From positions 1 to 21,262 of the forward strand of contig JAYEJS010000127.1 in NCBI GenBank assembly GCA_034660695.1: a stretch of DNA of 21,262 nucleotides, given 5' to 3'. This DNA is from Thermoplasmatota archaeon (GTDB lineage: Archaea; Thermoplasmatota; E2; UBA202; DSCA01). The position numbers and the translations under genes were made by a program. Each line of letters begins with the position of its first letter. The stretch's first letter is position 1. The notes below the pieces were generated by a model. That model was not told where the DNA came from, ran no database searches, and worked only from the letters and a program-made list of their open reading frames with translations. Below are positions 15,856 through 21,262 of the stretch, piece after piece.

Positions 15856-17256
15856 ATGTTAAATATGAAGATATTATTAATCACACCATCCGGCAATCCC
15901 AATCGCAGTTTATATGAAAGGGTGCTTGAGAGGGTATATCTCATGTGGCCCCCCATCACATTGCGCCAAATAGAGGCGATAACCCCAGAGAAATACGATG
16001 TAGAAATAATAGATGAAAATTATGAAAAGATAGACTATACAAAGCATTATGACTTAGTTGGAATAAGCTATTTTACTGCAACTGCCCCAAGAGCCTATAA
16101 AATTGCTGATAAGTTCAGGGAAATGGGAACAAAGGTTGTGCTTGGCGGATACCACGCCTCTGCCCTGCCGGAGGAGGCAAAGCAACATGCGGATGCTGTG
16201 GTCATAGGTGAAGCAGAAGAAACTTGGCCAAAATTGATTAACGATATAGAGAAAGATAGATTGAAGCCGTTCTATATTTTGGAAAAGCCAGTAAATACAG
16301 ATGCCATTCCCAGGGCAACTCTGACAAAAATTCCAAATATCATTAAAATAGGAGGAATAGAAGCTACGAGAGGATGCCCATATGGGTGCGAATTTTGTGC
16401 ATTATCAAATGTGAGATTCGGGAAAATATACCGTAAAAAGTCAATAAAAAAGGTCGTTCAGGAAATAGTGTCCATACCTTACAAATATTTTATCTTTTAT
16501 GACGGCTCACTTACGGTTGATATGAATTACACAAAAGCTCTGTTCAAGGAAATCAAACATTTAGATAAAAAGTTTGCAGCTTTTGGCCATGCAAACATGG
16601 TAGATGATGAAGAGTTTCTAAAGATTGCAAGCGATGCAGGGTGCATTGCCTGGGATATAGGGTTTGAATCAATCTATCAGACGACGATAGACCAACTAAA
16701 AAAAGGGACTAATGTTGTTAAAAAATATGGGCATGTTGTCAAAAAACTTCATGAATATGGGATGGGCGTTATAGGATCTTTTGCTTTCGGTTTTGATGAC
16801 CATTCCCCAAATGTTTTTGATAAAACTTTAGAAGCCATTCGCGAGTGGGATATAGATTCTATAGGAGTGACCATATTAACCCCGCTGCCTGGAACAAAAT
16901 TCTACAACAGGATGGAGAGTGAAGGGAGGATACTTACCAAAGATTGGGAAAAATATGATATGTACCATGTAGTTTTCCAGCCAAAGAAGATGACAACAAA
17001 TGAACTTTATGAAGGGACAACCAGATTTATAGATGAATATTATTCTCTGAAAAATCTGATTAGAAGGTTAATGGGAAATACCAAGAATCTTGGAATTATT
17101 TCCTCTCAAACAATGAACTATCATCTTTTGAGTTCAAGAGCAATATACAAATCTGCCTTTAATCAAAGACTGCTTCAAGGAGACTGGAGAAAGTTTATTC
17201 CTGCTACACCCAGAGTGCATCCATCAATGGTAAAAAAACGTCTCCGGCATTTCTAG
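15856..17256 (+). CDS. B12-binding-domain radical SAM enzyme (class B rSAM), substrate unknown
   Basis: 466 aa (alternative ATG at 15865). N-terminal Rossmann-like B12-binding domain (DLVGISYFTATAPRAYKIADKFREMGTKVVLGGYHAS). CxxxCxxC cluster motif in ATRGCPYGCEFCA. Confidence 0.88.
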   Translation: MLNMKILLITPSGNPNRSLYERVLERVYLMWPPITLRQIEAITPEKYDVEIIDENYEKIDYTKHYDLVGISYFTATAPRAYKIADKFREMGTKVVLGGYHASALPEEAKQHADAVVIGEAEETWPKLINDIEKDRLKPFYILEKPVNTDAIPRATLTKIPNIIKIGGIEATRGCPYGCEFCALSNVRFGKIYRKKSIKKVVQEIVSIPYKYFIFYDGSLTVDMNYTKALFKEIKHLDKKFAAFGHANMVDDEEFLKIASDAGCIAWDIGFESIYQTTIDQLKKGTNVVKKYGHVVKKLHEYGMGVIGSFAFGFDDHSPNVFDKTLEAIREWDIDSIGVTILTPLPGTKFYNRMESEGRILTKDWEKYDMYHVVFQPKKMTTNELYEGTTRFIDEYYSLKNLIRRLMGNTKNLGIISSQTMNYHLLSSRAIYKSAFNQRLLQGDWRKFIPATPRVHPSMVKKRLRHF

Positions 17257-17515
17257 ATTATATGTATTTCTCCAGGTAGTGGTTTAGACCCGATATTCCT
17301 ACAAAATCGTAACGTGGTAGTTTTTACTGCTGAATCGTAAGTTTTTCTGATAGATAAAAATTCATAGTCACCTTGCCAGAAAAAATGAGACGTTACAAAA
17401 TTTCAGGAATATCTGGTGGAAACATTGCGGGAATTTTTGAAAATCACAAGAGAAAAAATATTATAATTCATTTGCATATACCTATAGGATTTACCGTATA
17501 AGATATGCATATGTG

Positions 17516-18829
17516 ATGAAAATGAGTATCCTCATAGGAGTGCGCAGAGAAGATAAGAATCGCTGGGAACGTCGAACTCCCTTGATACCAGAGCATGTCA
17601 GAGAACTCAAAGATAAACACTCAATCGAATGTGTAGTTCAACCCTCCAAAATTCGCGTCTTTTCTGATGAAGAGTATGTGTATGCAGGAGCGAAAGTCCA
17701 AGATGCTCTTTCCTCTTGTTCAATAATCTTCGCCATAAAAGAAATACCTCCAAAATTATTTGAATGTGGGAAGACGTACGTCTTTTTTTCCCACACCATT
17801 AAAGGGCAAAAACACAACATGCCTATGCTTAAAAGAATTCTGGATCTAAAATGCACCTTAATAGATTATGAAAAGATAGTTGATGAAGAGGGGCGCCGCC
17901 TTATATTCTTCGGGGGATATGCAGGAATAGCGGGGATGATCGACACCCTTTGGGCCCTTGGAAGAAAGCTTGAGCTAGAGGGAATATCAATGCCCTTCAG
18001 CGAGATTCACCAAACCCTTCACCATAAATCTCTCAAAAAAGCAAAAGAAGAGATAATAAAAGTAGGGAAAAAAATCGCAACCGATGGTATTCCAAAGGCT
18101 CTCTCTCCTTTAATCTGTGGTTTTGGGGGGTATGGCAACGTATCCAAAGGTGCTCAAGAAATACTCGATCTTCTCCCCATGAAAGAAGTTGAGCCTGAAA
18201 AAATCGATTCACTCTACGCCAACCCCTCAACAAAACACATATACAAGGTGGTCTTCGAGGAAAAGGATATGGTTGAACCTTTATCTGGAAAATTTGAACT
18301 CAGTGACTACTATGAACATCCGGAAAAATACCGTTCTAAATTCGATAGTTACATTCCTCATCTCACTATTTTTATGAACTGCATCTATTGGAATGGGAGG
18401 TACCCACGGTTCGTCACAAAAAATTATATCAGATATCTTTTTGAGCAAAAAGAAAAACCCCGATTAAGGGTGATAGGGGATATTAGTTGCGACATTGGAG
18501 GATCAATCGAATTTACGAGTAAGTGCACGAACCCGAGCAATCCGATCTTCATTTACGATCCATTGGAAGACAAAACTGTAGATGGTTTTGAAGGAAATGG
18601 AGTAATGGTGATGGCGGTTGACAATTTGCCGTGCGAATTACCGAGGGAGTCATCTACTTATTTCAGCAAGACCCTTTTCCCTTTTGTTCCAGAAATAGCT
18701 CACGCTGATTTTCCCTCAAATTTTGATGATTGCGAACTCCCGCCATCCATAAAAAATGCTGTCATTGCATATAAAGGGGAACTGACTCCTAACTACAAAT
18801 ATCTCCAGAGGTATTTGGGAAACAAATAG
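17516..18829 (+). CDS. Lysine-ketoglutarate reductase-like protein (AlaDH/PNT fold; homologue of the N-terminal LKR half of AASS)
   Basis: About 437 aa; the ORF opens at GTG 17513 and ATGs lie at 17516 and 17522. As I recall the AASS LKR domain, this protein is collinear with it: RREDKNRWERRTPLIPEH, YVFFSHTIKGQ, LIDYEKIVDE, GYGNVSKGAQE, GDISCDIGGSIEF, VDNLPCELPRE. Confidence 0.85.
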   Translation: MKMSILIGVRREDKNRWERRTPLIPEHVRELKDKHSIECVVQPSKIRVFSDEEYVYAGAKVQDALSSCSIIFAIKEIPPKLFECGKTYVFFSHTIKGQKHNMPMLKRILDLKCTLIDYEKIVDEEGRRLIFFGGYAGIAGMIDTLWALGRKLELEGISMPFSEIHQTLHHKSLKKAKEEIIKVGKKIATDGIPKALSPLICGFGGYGNVSKGAQEILDLLPMKEVEPEKIDSLYANPSTKHIYKVVFEEKDMVEPLSGKFELSDYYEHPEKYRSKFDSYIPHLTIFMNCIYWNGRYPRFVTKNYIRYLFEQKEKPRLRVIGDISCDIGGSIEFTSKCTNPSNPIFIYDPLEDKTVDGFEGNGVMVMAVDNLPCELPRESSTYFSKTLFPFVPEIAHADFPSNFDDCELPPSIKNAVIAYKGELTPNYKYLQRYLGNK

Positions 18830-18845
18830 AAGAGGATGTGAAAAA

Positions 18846-20177
18846 ATGAAAAAAGTGTTGGTACTTGGTGCAGGCATGGTATCTCGGCCGCTTGTCAGAT
18901 ATCTCTTAAATCAACCAGATGTGTATGTCAAAATGGCGAGTCGAACGGTGAGTAAGGCTGAGAAAATAATAAATGCTCATCCAAAGGGGGAAGCGGTATC
19001 ATTGGACGTCAATGACGACATGTCATTGGAGAAATTGGTATCAGATGCTGACATAGTGGTGAGCCTTTTACCTTACATGTACCACGTCAAAGTGGCGGAA
19101 CATTGCATAAGATACGGGAAACATATGGTGACCACCTCTTATGTAAGCGATGCGATGCAAGCATTAGATAAAAAAGCAAGAGAAGAAGGGATAATAATTC
19201 TGAATGAAATCGGTCTTGATCCTGGCATAGACCATATGTCTGCAATGAAGATTATTCATGCCATACATGATAAAGGTGGGAAAGTAAAAAGTTTCTCATC
19301 ATATTGCGGAGCACTCCCCGCTCCTGAAGCAAGCAATAATCCGTTTGGTTACAAATTTTCTTGGAGTTCAAAAGGAGTATTGCTCGCATCAAAGAATGCA
19401 GCAAAATACCTAGAAAATGGAAAAGAAGTACGCGTATTAGGAGGAAAACTTTTTGAACATTACGCTATCAAGACCATTGAAGGGGCAGGACATTTCGAGA
19501 ACTATCCCAATAGAAACTCTATCCCCTACATCGATGTCTATGACATACCGGAAACAGAAACGATATATAGAGGTACTCTCCGCAACATAGGGTGGTGTGA
19601 AACCATGAAGAAGATAGCAGATCTTGGATATTTGGATGAAACAGAGAGAGATGATATCAAAGAGCTCACATTTAAAGAATTTTTGAGAAAACTTATAAAA
19701 AGCACTGAAGGAAATGATCTAAAAAAGGATCTTGCGAAGTATCTCGGTATTGACACATATTCTGCGGTAATGAAAAGACTGGAATGGCTTGGCTTGCTCA
19801 GCGACAAACCTCTGCCAAAAGATAAAAAGTCGCCAATCGACATACTCAACAATAAAATGCTTGAAAAGTTGAAATTTGAGAGCGGGGAGAGAGATATGAT
19901 AGTGCTCCGTCATGAATTTATCGCAGAATATCCGCAACACGACAGAGAATATATCACTTCAACTTTGATTGAGTATGGTGTGCCTCATGAAGATTTTGCT
20001 GTCGCGAGAACGGTGGGACTTCCAGCAGCAATTGCGGTAAAAATGATTCTGAAAGAAAAAATAGTGATAAGGGGAGTTCATATACCGGTAATTCCCGAGA
20101 TTTATAATCCTGTGTTAGACGAGCTTGAGCAAATGGGCATAACATTCAAAGAAAAAACTGAAGTTTTGCATACGTAA
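18846..20177 (+). CDS. Saccharopine dehydrogenase/reductase (LYS9 / AASS C-terminal SDH-type)
   Basis: 443 aa. GAGGATGTGA upstream of the ATG, which lies 16 nt after the previous stop. Rossmann motif VLVLGAGMVSRP. Family signatures EIGLDPGIDHMSAMK and SYCGALPAPEASNNPFGYKFSWSSKGVLLA. Confidence 0.9.
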   Translation: MKKVLVLGAGMVSRPLVRYLLNQPDVYVKMASRTVSKAEKIINAHPKGEAVSLDVNDDMSLEKLVSDADIVVSLLPYMYHVKVAEHCIRYGKHMVTTSYVSDAMQALDKKAREEGIIILNEIGLDPGIDHMSAMKIIHAIHDKGGKVKSFSSYCGALPAPEASNNPFGYKFSWSSKGVLLASKNAAKYLENGKEVRVLGGKLFEHYAIKTIEGAGHFENYPNRNSIPYIDVYDIPETETIYRGTLRNIGWCETMKKIADLGYLDETERDDIKELTFKEFLRKLIKSTEGNDLKKDLAKYLGIDTYSAVMKRLEWLGLLSDKPLPKDKKSPIDILNNKMLEKLKFESGERDMIVLRHEFIAEYPQHDREYITSTLIEYGVPHEDFAVARTVGLPAAIAVKMILKEKIVIRGVHIPVIPEIYNPVLDELEQMGITFKEKTEVLHT

Positions 20178-20227
20178 TACACAACAAAGTGAAATTTTTA
20201 CCTTCCAAATTTTTCATGTATCTAAAG

Positions 20228-21262
20228 TCATCTGTATTTTTTGTAGTAGTCTTTTAGGGCTTTTTTAGACGAATGCCATTTACCATTAATTTTTACGCTA
20301 TCGAGCACACCTTGTCGTGCTCTTAAGCCTAAATAATCATGTGAATAGGGTGAATATTCCACGAGTTCTTTTAAAGGGATTAATTCATATTCTCCTCCAA
20401 ATGCTGAAAGGAATGAAATGAGGTATTCTTTTATTGCTTTACCAATAAAGTTTGCAAAAGGTTCAATGTTTCCAGTATCTGCCTTGTGTAGTGTTTCATA
20501 ATATTTTTTTCTATCTCCTTGATGGAGTACAGTAGGCGGATACCCATGATTCATAAGATATAAATTCATTAACAACCTTGCTAATCTGCCATTTCCATCG
20601 GTAAATGGGTGTATTTTTACAAATTCATAATGAGCAAATACAGCCGCTTTAACTGGATGGATTTTTGATGCTTTTATTGCGGATATATACTCGTCCATTA
20701 GTCCTATTATTTTCGAAAAATCGGGTGGAGTGTATGAAGAACCTTGGATTCTCACATTTTTAGTCCTGTATTTCCCTGCATCATCAAGTATACCCTGTGT
20801 CACAAGGAAATGTAATTTTTGTATTGTTTCATGGTTTATAGCGGCTTTAGATTTAGCTAGCTGTAATAGTAAACCAAATGCTTCCGCGTTGTTTTTTGCC
20901 TCCAAGTGATCTTTCAAAGGTTTGCCGCCTATCGTGATTCCTTCTTCTATTACAAGCTTTGTTTCTGCCAATGTGAGCGTGTTCCCTTCAATGGCATTGG
21001 AGTCATATGTATGCCTAATTCGAATATCTTCAAGAAGATTTTTTAATACATCTTGTGGTAACGGTCGTTTTAAATCCAATTCCTCTTTTTTGTTATTTAT
21101 ACTCTCCAGTAATCCCGTATCCATAGATATATCGGTATCCGATAATATTTTCATAATCCGATATACAACTTTTAGTATATATCGATATCGGCTATTTTTT
21201 GATTTATCCGATATTTCAATCAAATTAAGATTGATTTTTCTCAAAAAAGGAAGAGGTGCCAT
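20228..21262 (-). CDS. Fic-domain protein (class II, with internal inhibitory helix) and a C-terminal winged-helix-like domain
   Basis: Fic motif HPFTDGNGRLARLLMN. Upstream inhibitory motif SNAIEGN, matching [S/T]xxxE[G/N]. The ORF is open up to an ATG at the very window edge (21262). An internal ATG at 21154 (MKILSDTD..., 308 aa) is preceded by a TATA-like box and may be the true start. Confidence 0.85.
   Translation of the reverse strand: MAPLPFLRKINLNLIEISDKSKNSRYRYILKVVYRIMKILSDTDISMDTGLLESINNKKEELDLKRPLPQDVLKNLLEDIRIRHTYDSNAIEGNTLTLAETKLVIEEGITIGGKPLKDHLEAKNNAEAFGLLLQLAKSKAAINHETIQKLHFLVTQGILDDAGKYRTKNVRIQGSSYTPPDFSKIIGLMDEYISAIKASKIHPVKAAVFAHYEFVKIHPFTDGNGRLARLLMNLYLMNHGYPPTVLHQGDRKKYYETLHKADTGNIEPFANFIGKAIKEYLISFLSAFGGEYELIPLKELVEYSPYSHDYLGLRARQGVLDSVKINGKWHSSKKALKDYYKKYR
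21130..21213. promoter_or_regulatory. Cluster of five CCGATA/TATCGG motifs around a TATA-like box at the 5' end of the Fic gene
   Basis: ATCCGATA occurs at 21137-21144, 21156-21163 and 21206-21213. The inverted form TATCGG occurs at 21130-21135 and 21186-21191. 21130-21144 forms the palindrome TATCGG-TAT-CCGATA. The minus-strand TATA-like ATATATACTAAAAG lies at ~21172-21185. Confidence 0.45.

Noticed and set aside
17385-17501. 38-codon ORF (MRRYKISGISGGNIAG...) in the rSAM-LKR spacer
   Set aside because: It has no ribosome-binding site, no motif and a basic low-information sequence, and it overlaps the inverted-repeat arm. It is more likely non-coding.
17513-17519. Perfect box C sequence GTGATGA, and other near-C boxes at 198-205 and 5176-5182, as box C/D sRNAs
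   Set aside because: No correctly spaced D', C' or D (CTGA) boxes follow. The 17513 copy is simply the GTG-ATG start region of the LKR gene.

Overview
AT-rich archaeal chromosomal segment. Archaeal markers are an Sm-like protein next to ribosomal protein eL37, GatD, a tRNA with a bulge-helix-bulge intron, and TATA-like boxes about 25-30 nt upstream of starts. All domain calls come from motif recognition by eye; no searches were run. Housekeeping genes alternate with cell-surface and accessory genes. From left to right the window holds: a structured 310-nt leader; a secreted legumain-like peptidase with two PKD modules; a Zn alcohol-dehydrogenase-family gene; Sm-like, rpl37e and purF, where rpl37e (missing from the ORF track) overlaps purF by ATGA; an orphan 59-codon Ig-like mini-ORF; a minus-strand run of gatD, a PKD surface protein with a PGF-CTERM-like anchor, and an HAE3-type RND exporter; tandem tRNA-Gln(UUG) and intron-containing tRNA-Glu(UUC) divergent from gatD; two small membrane proteins; a secreted-protein gene broken by an A7 frameshift and an in-frame TGA, coupled to a second secreted PKD protein; a winged-helix regulator; a secreted GATase1-like protein; a B12-binding radical SAM enzyme; an adjacent gene pair collinear with the two halves of eukaryotic LKR/SDH (AASS); and a class II Fic gene whose 5' region carries a dense DNA motif cluster. 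The most interesting items are the split saccharopine-pathway pair in an archaeal context, gatD sitting beside its tRNA substrate, the disrupted surface-protein gene, and the Fic operator-like motif cluster. No CRISPR array, transposase or integrase was seen.
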